The notes under the pieces were generated by a model. That model did no database searches, was not told where the DNA came from, and was given only the letters and a program-made list of their open reading frames with translations. A stretch of DNA of 64,000 nt from an uncultured Planctomycetales bacterium (GTDB lineage Bacteria; Omnitrophota; Gorgyraeia; Zapsychrales; JANLHA01): NCBI GenBank assembly GCA_964595465.1, contig CAZQQI010000001.1, positions 68,952-132,951 of the forward strand, given 5' to 3'. Every line of letters starts with the position of its first letter. Positions within the stretch are counted from its first letter, which is position 1. Shown one piece after another: positions 18,175-28,897 of the stretch. The position numbers and the translations under genes are program-made.

Positions 18175-19388
18175 CAGGCTTGTATAAGTTGGGCCATGTT
18201 CAGGATCGGCATAAACAGAGCGATAACAATAAACCCTATCACAATCCCCAGCACACCGATAATGACCGGTTCAATAATGCTGGTCAGACCCGCGACCGCA
18301 GCGTCGACCTGGTCTTCATAAAACTCCGCGATCTTATTGAGCATCGTCTGCAGCTTGCCGGATTTTTCGCCGATGGCGATCATGCGGGTGACCATCGGCG
18401 GAAAAACAGGGCTTTTGAGCAGGGGCGCGGCAATACTTTCCCCTTCTCGCACAGCCTCTTTAACATTGTCGACGACCAGCTCAATAACCCGGTTCCCGCT
18501 GCTTTTTCCGACAATATCCAGAGAATCAAGAATCGGAACACCGCTTTGCAGAAGGATGGCCAAAGTGCGGCTGAACCGGCTGATAGCGACCTTGCGCAGA
18601 AGATCTCCGAACAGCGGCATCTTCAGCAACACCCGGTCCACGGCAAGACGCCCTGTATCGGTTTGATACCATTTGGCAACAGCAACGCTGAAGATCACGA
18701 TGCCGCCGGCCAGCCAGGGAAGGCCCCATTGAAAAAATTCACTAATACTGATCAGCAGCTTGGTCAGGCCGGGAAGTTCGGCATCGAAAGAATCATAGAT
18801 CCCGGCAAATGACGGAACGACTTTGACCATAAGAACGGTCGTGATCACCATTGCCATAAAAACCACCACACAAGGGTAGACCAAAGCCGATTTAACCTTG
18901 CGCTTCAGCTTCAAGGTTTTTTCCATATACCCGGCTACCCTGTCCAGAATCGTGCTCAGGACACCGCCGGTCTCCCCGACACGGACCATATTCACGAAGA
19001 GGGCATCAAAGACCTTAGGATGTTTGGCGAAGGCTGACGAAAGGCTGTTGCCCAGCTGGATCTCATCGCGGAGAGAGGCAATCACCTGCTGAAAATACGG
19101 ACTGCTCATCTGGTCATGCAGGGCTTCAAGCGCCTGCAGGATCGGGATTCCCGCTTCGATCATGGTGGCCAGCTGGCGGGCAAAGATCACCAGATCGTCC
19201 GGTTTGACCTTTTTGCCGCGGACCTTTTTCTTCCCTCCGTCGGCGCCTTCCTTGACCTGGACCACAGACACGACCATCAGATCGCGGCTGCGCAATTCCT
19301 TGACGACAGCGTCTTCATTCTCCGCGCTGATATTGCCGGTAATATCCCGGGCATTATGATCTTTGGCGGTATATTTAAAATTCGGCAT
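18174..19388 (-). CDS. pilC: Type IV pilus inner-membrane platform protein PilC (GspF family)
   Basis: 404 aa with the two-repeat GspF architecture and three TM segments. Confidence 0.85.
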   Translation of the reverse strand: MPNFKYTAKDHNARDITGNISAENEDAVVKELRSRDLMVVSVVQVKEGADGGKKKVRGKKVKPDDLVIFARQLATMIEAGIPILQALEALHDQMSSPYFQQVIASLRDEIQLGNSLSSAFAKHPKVFDALFVNMVRVGETGGVLSTILDRVAGYMEKTLKLKRKVKSALVYPCVVVFMAMVITTVLMVKVVPSFAGIYDSFDAELPGLTKLLISISEFFQWGLPWLAGGIVIFSVAVAKWYQTDTGRLAVDRVLLKMPLFGDLLRKVAISRFSRTLAILLQSGVPILDSLDIVGKSSGNRVIELVVDNVKEAVREGESIAAPLLKSPVFPPMVTRMIAIGEKSGKLQTMLNKIAEFYEDQVDAAVAGLTSIIEPVIIGVLGIVIGFIVIALFMPILNMAQLIQA

Positions 19389-19496
19389 AACATCCTCTCC
19401 GGTTCAGACAGCGGATCATCCAGCCATGCGGCGCCCGCATAATTTATTTTAACATTATAAAAAAGGGTTCAAATGCTTTTCTTGAATTTTTCAATA

Positions 19497-21203
19497 CTAT
19501 TCACTGGATGCAACACGGAAAACTTCTTCCAGGGTCGTTTCTCCCCGGGCGAATTTTTCCAGCATATCCTGCCACAATGTCAGCATCCCGTTCTGCTCAC
19601 AGGCATAGCGTTTAATCTCATCGGACGACTTCCCTCTGATCAAAAGGTCCCGCACGACATCATCGATCTCAAGAACCTCGGTCACACCGGAACGCCCCTG
19701 GTATCCGGTCTGCCGGCAGCGTTCACAGCCCTTGCCCTCATAAAATACGGTACCTTCAGGAAATTCATAATCGAGGCGCTTAAGAACGTCAGCCGGGATG
19801 TCTACCCTCTTTTTACAGGACGGACAGATCTTGCGGCACAGCCTCTGCGCGCAGACCAGAACCAGACTCGATGATACCAGAAACGGCTCCACCCCCATAT
19901 CGACAAGACGGGTCAAAGCACCGGCCGCGTCATTGGTATGCAGGGTCGAAAAAACCAGCTGGCCGGTCAGCGATGCCTTGATCGCAATATCGGCGGTCTC
20001 GCCGTCACGGATCTCTCCGACCATCACAATATCCGGGCTTTGACGCAAAATCGCGCGAAGAGCCGAAGCAAACGTCAGCCCGATTTCTGAACGCACTTCG
20101 ATCTGAGTCAAACCTTCTATCAAATATTCTACAGGGTCCTCGACAGTAATAATATTCCGCTCAACAGTGTTGAGTTCATTAATGATGGAATACAGGGTGG
20201 TAGACTTCCCGCTTCCGGTCGGGCCGGTCACCAGCACCATCCCGAAAGGTTTATACATGCCCTCTGCCATCAGTTCATGCGAGCGCGGGGAGAACCCTAA
20301 GCCCTCCAGGCCCACACCCAGGTTCTTTTTATCCAGTACCCGCAGGACGACCTTTTGCCCGAAGGTCGTCGGAAGCAGGGAAACGCGGAAGTCCACTTCT
20401 TTCCCGGCAGTGCGCATTTTGAACCGTCCGTCCTGAGGGGCGCGGGCAACGGTAATGTCAATGCGGGACATAATCTTAATGCGGACAATAACCGCGTTCT
20501 GATTCGCTTTGGGGATATTCATCACATCCTGCAGCACACCGTCAACGCGGTAACGCACACGGACCTGCTCATCCATAGGTTCAATATGGATATCAGAAGC
20601 GCGCTGTTTCAGGGCTTCGCGGATAATGAGATTAACCATGCGGATGATCGGCGCCTGCTCTCCTTCATCAGCGTTGATCTGCTCCTCATCGAGGTCGTCC
20701 TCGCTGACGATCTGAAAATCTTCGACGCTGAGATCACGGCTGACATCTTTTACGCTCTGTTCATCTTGAGAACCGTAATACTGATCGATCGCTGACAGGA
20801 TATCACTTTCGGTACTCATCACGACATCTATCTCGCTACCGGTAATACTCTTGAGGTCATCGATCACGAAAATATTCAAAGGGTCAGCGATCGCGACGGT
20901 GATCGTATCCTTCAGTTTCGAAAGAGGAACAATTTTATACTGCCGGGCCACTTTTTCAGAAATGATCTCTCTCAGCTCCGGCGTGATCTTGTATTTTTTC
21001 AGATTAATAAACGGAATGCGCAGTTCTTTAACAAGAGAAACCAGCCGGTCTTCTTCCTGGATCAGTCCCATTTCGATCAGGGCGCGATCCAAACCGATAC
21101 GTTTTTTGCGGCGCAGTTCTTCGGCTGCGTCCAAATCGTTGGGAGAAATATGAAAGGTCTCGACCAGACTACGGTTGATCTTTTGCTGAAGAGTTTTCGC
21201 CAT
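19497..21203 (-). CDS. pilB: Type IV pilus assembly ATPase PilB (GspE family)
   Basis: 568 aa; N-terminal GspE_N domain, Walker A GPTGSGKSTT, Asp/His boxes, and a tetracysteine motif (CPSC...CERC) typical of PilB/GspE. Confidence 0.85.
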   Translation of the reverse strand: MAKTLQQKINRSLVETFHISPNDLDAAEELRRKKRIGLDRALIEMGLIQEEDRLVSLVKELRIPFINLKKYKITPELREIISEKVARQYKIVPLSKLKDTITVAIADPLNIFVIDDLKSITGSEIDVVMSTESDILSAIDQYYGSQDEQSVKDVSRDLSVEDFQIVSEDDLDEEQINADEGEQAPIIRMVNLIIREALKQRASDIHIEPMDEQVRVRYRVDGVLQDVMNIPKANQNAVIVRIKIMSRIDITVARAPQDGRFKMRTAGKEVDFRVSLLPTTFGQKVVLRVLDKKNLGVGLEGLGFSPRSHELMAEGMYKPFGMVLVTGPTGSGKSTTLYSIINELNTVERNIITVEDPVEYLIEGLTQIEVRSEIGLTFASALRAILRQSPDIVMVGEIRDGETADIAIKASLTGQLVFSTLHTNDAAGALTRLVDMGVEPFLVSSSLVLVCAQRLCRKICPSCKKRVDIPADVLKRLDYEFPEGTVFYEGKGCERCRQTGYQGRSGVTEVLEIDDVVRDLLIRGKSSDEIKRYACEQNGMLTLWQDMLEKFARGETTLEEVFRVASSE

Positions 21204-21204
21204 A

Positions 21205-22947
21205 TCAGGTTACCGCTTCTTTTTGTTCATCATCCGGCGCCGTCACCCTGAGGACCTCTTCCAGGGATGTGTGCCCGCCCAGGGCTTTATGCAGGCCGTC
21301 CTCCCGCATGGTGGTCATGCCGTCACGCCGCCCGGCCGCTTTAATGCACAGCTCCCCTTTGTCATTCAGGATCTCTTCACGGACAGACGGTGTCAGCACC
21401 AGGATCTCAGAGATCACCACACGACCGATATAACCGGTCTGCAGACATTTCTCACAGCCTTTTCCCCGGAACAGGACGATCTCCTGATCTTCCACCAGAC
21501 GGGCCAGCCCCACTCTCTGAACAACCTCTTCCGGGACGGTATAGGTTTCTTTACAGTGAGGACAGATCCGCCGGACCAAACGCTGCCCGAGGATCGCCAC
21601 CACTGACGAGCACAACAGGAAAGGTTCAATGCCCATGTTCATCATCCGCACCACGGATCCCGCCGCTGTGGTGGTATGCAGAGAGCTCAACACCAGGTGC
21701 CCGGTCAAAGCGGACTTCACGGCGATATCCAGTGTCTCGGTATCACGGATCTCACCGATCATAATAATATCCGGGTCCTGCCGGAGAATCGAACGCAGAG
21801 ACGAGGAGAAAGTAAGCCCGACGGATGGCTGAACATTGACCTGGTTCATGCCTTTGATCTGATATTCAACAGGGTCCTCGACGGTCACAATATTTTTTTC
21901 GGGTGAGTCCACACATTTTAAGATCGAATACAGCGTGGTGGTCTTCCCGCTTCCTGTCGGACCGCAGGAGAGAATCATGCCGTGCGGCCTGCCAGCGGCT
22001 TCTTTAAGACGTTTAAGATCATGCGGTTCAAATCCCAATCTTTCCAGGTCCAGCATGCCGGCGGATTTATCCAAGACCCTCAGGACGATCTTTTCGCCGA
22101 ACGCTGTCGGCAGGACATTGACACGAAAGTCCACCTCTTTCCCGCCGTCAAGCACGGTCTTAAACCGGCCGTCCTGGGGGAGACGGTGTTCAGAAATATC
22201 CAAATTACAAACCACTTTGATCCGGGATATAATGGGCTGATGCAGAGCTTTGGCCAGCTGGTCGATCTCCCGGATAATACCGTCAATGCGGTAGCGGATA
22301 CGAACGGTCGCCTCCATCGGTTCAATAAAAACATCGCTGGCCTTGGCGGTCACGGACTGCTTGATAATCGTATCGGTCAGCTTAATGATCGGGGCATCTT
22401 CAATGATGTCCTCCACCGTCACATCTCGTTCAGTACCGCTGCCTTCTTTAATAAGCTCCAATTCTTCAGCGTCCTGCATATCCTTGATAATATCCTGCAG
22501 GGCCTCGGACGAATCTTCGGAATAATAATGCTCAATAGTCTGCTGGATCTGATCCGGACGTCCGATAATTGGGATGATATTCAGACCCGTCAGCATTTTT
22601 AAATTATCAACGACAAAAATATTCAGCGGATCGGCCATAGCGATGGTGAGATTTTCACCTATTTTCGATACCGGCATAATACGGTTCTTTTCAGCAACCT
22701 CACGGGGAATCAGCCTAAGAACATCCGGGGTGATCTTAAGACGGGAAATATCAATCGGCGGCATCCCCAGCCCCTCGCTCAGCGCGTGAGTCAGGTCATC
22801 TTCCTGCACGAATTTCATGTCGACCAAAATACGGCTAAGCTCGCCGCCGGACTTTTTCTGCTCAGCCAGGGCCTTTTTCAAGCCTTCTTCGGAAAGGATT
22901 TTATCGCGGATCAGGATCTGTTGTAGGCGGTCTTTAAGTGAGATCAT
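21205..22947 (-). CDS. Second GspE/PilB-family ATPase paralog (580 aa)
   Basis: Same architecture as pilB: GspE_N, GPTGSGKTTT, tetracysteine CPHC...CEKC. It is not PilT-like, being longer and carrying the N-domain and Cys motif. Confidence 0.8.
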   Translation of the reverse strand: MISLKDRLQQILIRDKILSEEGLKKALAEQKKSGGELSRILVDMKFVQEDDLTHALSEGLGMPPIDISRLKITPDVLRLIPREVAEKNRIMPVSKIGENLTIAMADPLNIFVVDNLKMLTGLNIIPIIGRPDQIQQTIEHYYSEDSSEALQDIIKDMQDAEELELIKEGSGTERDVTVEDIIEDAPIIKLTDTIIKQSVTAKASDVFIEPMEATVRIRYRIDGIIREIDQLAKALHQPIISRIKVVCNLDISEHRLPQDGRFKTVLDGGKEVDFRVNVLPTAFGEKIVLRVLDKSAGMLDLERLGFEPHDLKRLKEAAGRPHGMILSCGPTGSGKTTTLYSILKCVDSPEKNIVTVEDPVEYQIKGMNQVNVQPSVGLTFSSSLRSILRQDPDIIMIGEIRDTETLDIAVKSALTGHLVLSSLHTTTAAGSVVRMMNMGIEPFLLCSSVVAILGQRLVRRICPHCKETYTVPEEVVQRVGLARLVEDQEIVLFRGKGCEKCLQTGYIGRVVISEILVLTPSVREEILNDKGELCIKAAGRRDGMTTMREDGLHKALGGHTSLEEVLRVTAPDDEQKEAVT

Positions 22948-23003
22948 ATTATCTGTTGCTCATGGACTCACGGCGCCTTGTTTATGACGGAACATCCCGT
23001 CCA

Positions 23004-23453
23004 TCAAGACTGACCGTAATATTTAGATATGGCCTCTTTAATATCTGCGGATGTGCTGACAAATGTCTGAACCGTACAGCCAGTCAGCATCTCGACTTCG
23101 TCTAAAGCCGCGGTGTTCAGCGGGTCGCCCATGGCGACGGTCAGACTTTTGCCGATCTTATCAATGGGAATAAGACAAAAACGGCAGCATACATCTTCCG
23201 GCACGGCGTTTATGACTTCCTCGTCGATCTCATAGTTGGTCAGAGGTAAATATGGAAATCCATACTGACAGGTCAGCGCCTGAGCAATATCTTCCTCTGT
23301 GGCGAATTTCAATTTCACCAGGACTTCACCGAAAAGCCCTCCATTTTCTTTCTGATAGGACATCGCCGCGGCGACCTGCTCCTGGCTGATCACGCCGCGT
23401 TCAACAAGAAGCTCGCCGAGCTGTTTATGTGATGTCCGCTTGATATCTCTCAT
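23004..23453 (-). CDS. Stand-alone GspE N-terminal (T2SSE_N / MshEN-like) domain protein, about 149 aa
   Basis: KQLGELLVERGVISQEQVAAAMSYQ matches the MshEN-type c-di-GMP-binding consensus; no ATPase domain follows. Start trimmed to MRDIKRT. Confidence 0.55.
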   Translation of the reverse strand: MRDIKRTSHKQLGELLVERGVISQEQVAAAMSYQKENGGLFGEVLVKLKFATEEDIAQALTCQYGFPYLPLTNYEIDEEVINAVPEDVCCRFCLIPIDKIGKSLTVAMGDPLNTAALDEVEMLTGCTVQTFVSTSADIKEAISKYYGQS

Positions 23454-23561
23454 GACACATCTTTTCGATACATTTTGCTTGCTTACAATAAAATAATATA
23501 AATATAATTCTATTGTACTATAGCGCCTGCATGAGTACAAATAGATTCAGGATTCTCCGCA

Positions 23562-24671
23562 TCAAAAAATGGTGCGTCTTTTGCTCAGGTTCAAAAGAAG
23601 GCCCATCATGATCATGAAGATCAGAAAAGACGACCGGCCATAGCTGATCAGGGGCAATGTCAGCCCCACGACCGGGCATAGCCCCAAAACCATGCCGATA
23701 TTGATCACCACCTGCAGGGTCAAAATAGAAATGATGCCGACCGCCAGCAGGGTGCCGTAACGGTCTTTGACCTGCTCGGCGACCTTAAGACCCGCAAAGA
23801 TCAAAACAGCGTAACAGAACAGGACCAGCAAGGTCCCCACAACACCCCACTCTTCTCCGATAACTGAAAAAATAAAATCGGTATGCCGTTCAGGCAGAAA
23901 ATTGAGCTGATTCTGTGTTCCCGACAGCCAGCCTTTCCCGATCACCTGACCCGAACCGATGGCGATCTTGGACTGAATAATAGTATATCCCGCCCCAAGC
24001 GGATCAATATTCGGATTCAGAAAGACCAGCAAGCGGTCTTTCTGATAAGGTTTCAGAATCTGCCAGCCAAAGGGAACCATCAGCAGACACAGTCCTAAAA
24101 AACTTAGCACATAACGGACATCCAGTTCACTCGCGTACAGCACAGCCACAAAGATCCCGATAAACAGCAGAGCCGTCCCCAGATCAGGCTGTTTAAAGAT
24201 CAGCAGCATCGGCACCGCCGTGATCAGGAACGGCACCAGCATATCCTGCCACAACACCCCGCCCCAAAAATCATGCCAGCTGAACGTCAATGCCGGTTTG
24301 CAGGAAGACAGGTAACGCGCCAGTGCCAGAATCACCGCAAGTTTGGCAATCTCCGAAGGCTGAAAACTGATCCCGGCAATGGAAAGCCAGCGGGTCGCGC
24401 CTAAAGCATGGCGCCCGGCGACTAAAACAGCGACCAGCATCAGCACGACGATGCCGTAAAAAATATAGGCGATATCAAACGTGATCCGATAATCCGTGCG
24501 CGACAGAATAAATGTAATGACCAATCCAATCAAAGCAAAGATCAGCTGATCATAGAATACATCCTGAGACACACGGATATTATCAAACGCCGCGCTGTAA
24601 AGCGCGGCCAGACCGATCCCAATGATCATGACCAGGCTTCCCCAGATCAGCATGCCGATATCTCTTCGCAT
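23562..24671 (-). CDS. rodA: Rod shape-determining protein RodA (SEDS family)
   Basis: Polytopic membrane protein with an FtsW/RodA-like sequence; directly downstream of PBP2 and the mreBCD genes. Confidence 0.85.
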   Translation of the reverse strand: MRRDIGMLIWGSLVMIIGIGLAALYSAAFDNIRVSQDVFYDQLIFALIGLVITFILSRTDYRITFDIAYIFYGIVVLMLVAVLVAGRHALGATRWLSIAGISFQPSEIAKLAVILALARYLSSCKPALTFSWHDFWGGVLWQDMLVPFLITAVPMLLIFKQPDLGTALLFIGIFVAVLYASELDVRYVLSFLGLCLLMVPFGWQILKPYQKDRLLVFLNPNIDPLGAGYTIIQSKIAIGSGQVIGKGWLSGTQNQLNFLPERHTDFIFSVIGEEWGVVGTLLVLFCYAVLIFAGLKVAEQVKDRYGTLLAVGIISILTLQVVINIGMVLGLCPVVGLTLPLISYGRSSFLIFMIMMGLLLNLSKRRTIF

Positions 24672-24700
24672 GTCTTCCGCCTTTCCCGGACAACCGAAGA

Positions 24701-26416
24701 TTACAGAATATCTTTTTTCTTTAACTGCCGCAGAAAATTCTTCGTAACACGGACAGCATAATAGCTGGACCCGCCGTATTCCAGAAACACACAAAATGCG
24801 ATCCGGCGGGACCCCTGAAGATTATACCCGGCAAACCAGGCATGGGTGTTTTTCCCCGGCGCCGTCTGAGCCGTCCCTGTCTTACCGTAAATTTCAAACC
24901 CCTCCATATCCAGCATCCTGGCTGTGCCCTGGGCGCCGGTTACCGCTGTACGCAGGCCCTGCTGGACCGTATCAAAAATATGGTCTGCAGCACGCACCTT
25001 CCGGCTGGTCGAGAGGGTCACAATGGGCTGATCTCCGACGGCCTTCAGCAAAAACGGCTGGGGCAGCCTGCCGCCTCTGCCCACCGCCGCCATCAAACGC
25101 ACCACCTGCAGAGGCGTGGTCAGGACATCTCCCTGGCCGATCGAGAAATTCAGCGTATCCCCTTTGTACCAGGACCGATCCTCCCGCTTACGGCGTCCGG
25201 CACTGCTGGGGACCCGCCCCTTCTCTTCCGCGGGAAGATCAATGCCGGTCACCTCTCCCAGCCCGAACATCCGGGCATAACCGTGCATCCGGTCAGAACC
25301 CAGCAGCAGACCGATATTGTAATAATAAACATTACACGAATTTCCTAAAGCCTCGACAATACGCTGATTACCATGGACATGGGCGCAGCGGAATTTCCTT
25401 TGGCCCAGTTTATAAAACCCCGGACAATGATAGATCGTCTGTGTGTCGACCTCGCCGGAATCCAAGCCGGCTGCGGTCATGACCACTTTAAAAACAGAAC
25501 CCGGAGGATACTGCCCCTGGACCGCGCGGTTCAGCAACGGAGCCTGAGAATCAAGAAAAAGGGCCCGGCGGGCTTTATCCTCTTTATAATCACTGAAGAC
25601 ATTGGGATCAAAGGACGGAGCACTGACCATTCCCAGAATCTCACCGCTGTCCAGATCCATCACTACGATAGCACCGCTTTTATCTTCCAGAGCTTCGGCC
25701 GCGGCCTGCTGCATGCGGTGATCAATGGTCAAATAAATATCCGTACCTTTTTCGGGCTTACGCAGGCCAAGGAGGCGAACCTGCTGTCCGCGGCTGTCGA
25801 CCTCGATCTGCTGTCCCCCTTCTTTCCCCCGCAAAAACTTATCATAAAACTCTTCAATGCCACTGTAACCGATCAGGCTCTGCCGCGTGTATCCGTAATC
25901 TTTCAGTTTTTTTATTTTCGAACTATCGATCTTTCCGACATATCCCAGGAGGTGCGCGCCCACCCCCTTATCGGGATACCGGCGCCGATAAGACTCCTGA
26001 ACATACAAACCCGGAAACCGGTACCGGTTCTCTTCAATAATCATTGCCGTGGACTGCTCAACATCTTCAGCTACCACGACCGGAGCGAACGGGGTCCTGC
26101 GCCTTCGTTGAAAATTGCGCAGCAGGTGAAGCTTGCTTTTATCCAGGACCTCACTGAGAAACACAAACAGAGCATCTTTCCCAGCAATATCCTGCGGAAT
26201 TACCGCCACATCAAATGACAGACGGCTGCCGGCCAGCAGCTTTCCGTTGCGGTCCAAAATATTTCCGCGCAGGCCCTCCAGAGGAATAACGCGAATGCGG
26301 TTATTCACGCTCAGATGATAATAAAAATTCCCCTTGATCACCTGAACCCATACCAGGTCCAAAGCCAGGACACAAAAACACAAGAGGATCACTATGCGAA
26401 TAATCTTAAGGCGCAT
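24701..26416 (-). CDS. mrdA: Penicillin-binding protein 2 (elongasome transpeptidase)
   Basis: 571 aa; N-terminal TM helix, PBP dimerisation domain, and transpeptidase motifs (SxxK at GSVFK, SxN, KTG at KTGTAQ). Confidence 0.9.
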   Translation of the reverse strand: MRLKIIRIVILLCFCVLALDLVWVQVIKGNFYYHLSVNNRIRVIPLEGLRGNILDRNGKLLAGSRLSFDVAVIPQDIAGKDALFVFLSEVLDKSKLHLLRNFQRRRRTPFAPVVVAEDVEQSTAMIIEENRYRFPGLYVQESYRRRYPDKGVGAHLLGYVGKIDSSKIKKLKDYGYTRQSLIGYSGIEEFYDKFLRGKEGGQQIEVDSRGQQVRLLGLRKPEKGTDIYLTIDHRMQQAAAEALEDKSGAIVVMDLDSGEILGMVSAPSFDPNVFSDYKEDKARRALFLDSQAPLLNRAVQGQYPPGSVFKVVMTAAGLDSGEVDTQTIYHCPGFYKLGQRKFRCAHVHGNQRIVEALGNSCNVYYYNIGLLLGSDRMHGYARMFGLGEVTGIDLPAEEKGRVPSSAGRRKREDRSWYKGDTLNFSIGQGDVLTTPLQVVRLMAAVGRGGRLPQPFLLKAVGDQPIVTLSTSRKVRAADHIFDTVQQGLRTAVTGAQGTARMLDMEGFEIYGKTGTAQTAPGKNTHAWFAGYNLQGSRRIAFCVFLEYGGSSYYAVRVTKNFLRQLKKKDIL

Positions 26417-26883
26417 TGCTTTAGCTTCCGGAAAAGATAGTCAGAAATTATCACGGTCGAAAGGACCTGCGGGATCAGCACCCTCTGAACGGCTGACCAC
26501 AACCCGACCTGCACATACATCATCCGCAGGATATACTGAAGCATAACATACAGAACGGTAATGACAAAAACCATTAACAGACGTGATCCCGCGGAACCGG
26601 TTTCATAAATATACATTTTTAAGGATGTCGTCGCGTACGCGCAAACAAGATACGCAGTTAAATTCAGTCCGAAAGGGTGCGGGCCGAAACTGTCGGCCAT
26701 CAGCCCTCCCATAAAGGCCACCAGAAGACTGTGCCTGATCCCACGGAACAAATTGAAAAAGATGATCACAATGATCAAAAAATTCGGCTGCACCCAATTG
26801 GGGAAAAATTCCGCTACAATATGCTGGCAGACATAAGCAGCTGTAACCGTCAAAAAAATGATCAGGATATTACGCATGTTCAT
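26392..26883 (-). CDS. mreD: Rod shape-determining protein MreD
   Basis: 163 aa polytopic membrane protein following mreC. Confidence 0.75.
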   Translation of the reverse strand: MNMRNILIIFLTVTAAYVCQHIVAEFFPNWVQPNFLIIVIIFFNLFRGIRHSLLVAFMGGLMADSFGPHPFGLNLTAYLVCAYATTSLKMYIYETGSAGSRLLMVFVITVLYVMLQYILRMMYVQVGLWSAVQRVLIPQVLSTVIISDYLFRKLKQCALRLFA

Positions 26884-26904
26884 TTTCCCCGGACGATACC
26901 GGCA

Positions 26905-27690
26905 TTATTTTTTCAGGATGACCAGGACTTCTTCGATCTGAGATAGAGAAGCGGCCGGTTTGATCAGACAATCGACCACCGGGCTGTTCTTGTGAATATG
27001 GACATCGGTCACTTCACCGATCAAAAGCCCTTCCGGAAAAGACGAGCTCAATTTTGATGTCACAATGAGATCTCCGACCTGAACATCCGCATCGGAAGAC
27101 AAATAACGCATGCGGCACAGACCCTGCAGAGTTCCGGAAACCAGGCCGACTTCACGAGAGCGCTGATCCAGAGCCACCACGGCAAATCCGGGATCAGTCA
27201 CCAAAATCGCTTCTGATTGGTCGACCCCGGCCTCAACAACCTTACCGACAACTCCCAGAGCGCTGACAACCGGCATACCGATATCGACCCCATCAGCCAA
27301 ACCGCGGTCCAGGATGACAGCCGCGTTCCAGCGTGTCGGATCCCGCCCGATCACATTGGCGGCGGCTGATGAATAAACCAGCCTTCTCTGGAATTTCAGC
27401 AGCTGTGCCAACCTGTTGTTTTCTTTTAAAATTTCATCCTGAGATGCCAGACGCTGACGAAGCATTTCATTCTGCCGGCTGAGACGCTTCCATTCTTCAT
27501 ATGTTCGATGATAGAGAACGATCTTCTTCACTTCGCGGACCGGATAAGCGATAAGACGGACAGGGATATTCAGAAAACGGACCAGGGAAAATTTAAACGG
27601 CGAGAGGAGATCCTGACGGACAAACAGCAGGAGAAAGGCGGTCAGCAGGACCAGACCATAGACTATGAATTTGGATCGTTTGCCTGACAC
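26905..27690 (-). CDS. mreC: Rod shape-determining protein MreC
   Basis: 261 aa; N-terminal TM helix, coiled-coil, C-terminal beta domain (GLLIGEVTDV). Confidence 0.85.
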   Translation of the reverse strand: MSGKRSKFIVYGLVLLTAFLLLFVRQDLLSPFKFSLVRFLNIPVRLIAYPVREVKKIVLYHRTYEEWKRLSRQNEMLRQRLASQDEILKENNRLAQLLKFQRRLVYSSAAANVIGRDPTRWNAAVILDRGLADGVDIGMPVVSALGVVGKVVEAGVDQSEAILVTDPGFAVVALDQRSREVGLVSGTLQGLCRMRYLSSDADVQVGDLIVTSKLSSSFPEGLLIGEVTDVHIHKNSPVVDCLIKPAASLSQIEEVLVILKK

Positions 27691-27714
27691 TCACGTATTC
27701 GCAGCAATAACGGG

Positions 27715-28788
27715 TTAAAAGTCTAGTTTGGTCGGCACGACCAGACGACGGCGCAGACGTAGCGGCATATTCAGCATTTGCCCGGTCCCCAGGACAACAG
27801 CGGTCAAAGGGTCGTCGGCAATATGCACCGGCAGGCCGGTCTCTTCGGCAATCCGGCGGTCCAGCCCCCTCAGCAGAGACCCCCCGCCGGCCATCACAAT
27901 GCCGCGGTCGATCAGATCTGAAGCCAGCTCCGGAGGCGTGTTCTCCAGTGTGGCCTTGGACGCGTCAACAATAGCCTGAACCGGCTCGTTCAGGGCCTCT
28001 CGGATCTCTTCAGACGTGATCATGATCGTCTTGGGCAATCCAGCGATCAGATCCCGCCCCCGCACATCCATGGTCAATTCCTCTTCCAGAGGATAGGCTG
28101 ATCCGATACGGATCTTGATCTCTTCAGACGTGCGTTCCCCGATCATCAGATTATACGTCTTCTGTAGATAATCAATAATGCCGGTATCCATTTCGTCTCC
28201 AGCTACGCGGATAGACTTGGCATAGACCAGACCACCCAACGAGATCACGGCATATTCTGTGGTTCCGCCCCCGACGTCAATGATCATATTCCCGGCCGCC
28301 TCTTCCACCGGAAGACCGACCCCGATCGCCGCGGATTTTGGCTCCTCGATCAATTCGACCGAGCGAGCGCTGGCGCGTTCGGCAGAATCCTTCACAGCGC
28401 GTTTCTCCACCTCTGTGATCCCGGACGGGATCGCGATCACCATAGCCGGACGGACCAGGACCTTGCGCTTATGCACCTTCTTAATAAAATATTTCAGCAT
28501 AGCTTCAGTCACTTCAAAATCTGAGATCACACCGTCTTTCATCGGGCGGATCGCGACAATATTCCCCGGGGTGCGTCCGAGCATTTTTTTCGCTTCTTCC
28601 CCGACAGCGACCACACGATTGCTGTCTTTCTCGATCGCCACCACAGACGGCTCACACAGAACAACGCCTTCCCCCTTGACATAAACCAGGGTCGTACAGG
28701 TCCCCAGATCGATCCCCATGTCATTGGAGAACAATCCCAGAACATAATTAAATAGCCGCCTCACGGTCTTGAGGATTTTTTGAAACAT
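27715..28788 (-). CDS. mreB: Rod shape-determining protein MreB (actin homolog)
   Basis: [29 protein letters not shown] and the overall actin fold. Start trimmed to MFQKIL; the ORF track extends to the GTG at 28824. Confidence 0.9.
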   Translation of the reverse strand: MFQKILKTVRRLFNYVLGLFSNDMGIDLGTCTTLVYVKGEGVVLCEPSVVAIEKDSNRVVAVGEEAKKMLGRTPGNIVAIRPMKDGVISDFEVTEAMLKYFIKKVHKRKVLVRPAMVIAIPSGITEVEKRAVKDSAERASARSVELIEEPKSAAIGVGLPVEEAAGNMIIDVGGGTTEYAVISLGGLVYAKSIRVAGDEMDTGIIDYLQKTYNLMIGERTSEEIKIRIGSAYPLEEELTMDVRGRDLIAGLPKTIMITSEEIREALNEPVQAIVDASKATLENTPPELASDLIDRGIVMAGGGSLLRGLDRRIAEETGLPVHIADDPLTAVVLGTGQMLNMPLRLRRRLVVPTKLDF

Positions 28789-28870
28789 GAGATCCCCTTG
28801 GTTGGATAAATTTCCGGAGCCCACTCCGTTGCTTCAGGCCGGTAAGTCTTTGATAGCCAATGATTAGTAT

Positions 28871-28897
28871 ATTATACAAAAACAATTTCAGCGTCAA
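28871..28897 (-). promoter_or_regulatory. Putative strong sigma70 promoter for the mreB-mreC-mreD-mrdA-rodA operon (TTGACG-15-TATAAT)
   Basis: On the minus strand: TTGACG (plus 28892-28897) and TATAAT (plus 28871-28876), about 45-80 nt upstream of the mreB start. It abuts the left edge of repeat copy B. Confidence 0.45.

Noticed and set aside
23454-23540. N-terminal extensions given by the ORF track for several genes (MshEN-like protein, rodA, mreB, proC, yggS, pilQ, pilN, obg, nadD, HAMP protein)
   Set aside because: The extensions are low-complexity or overlap upstream genes. Internal Met or GTG starts reproduce the canonical N-termini of these families (e.g. MININLLPPE for PilN, MNIGVIGGG for ProC).
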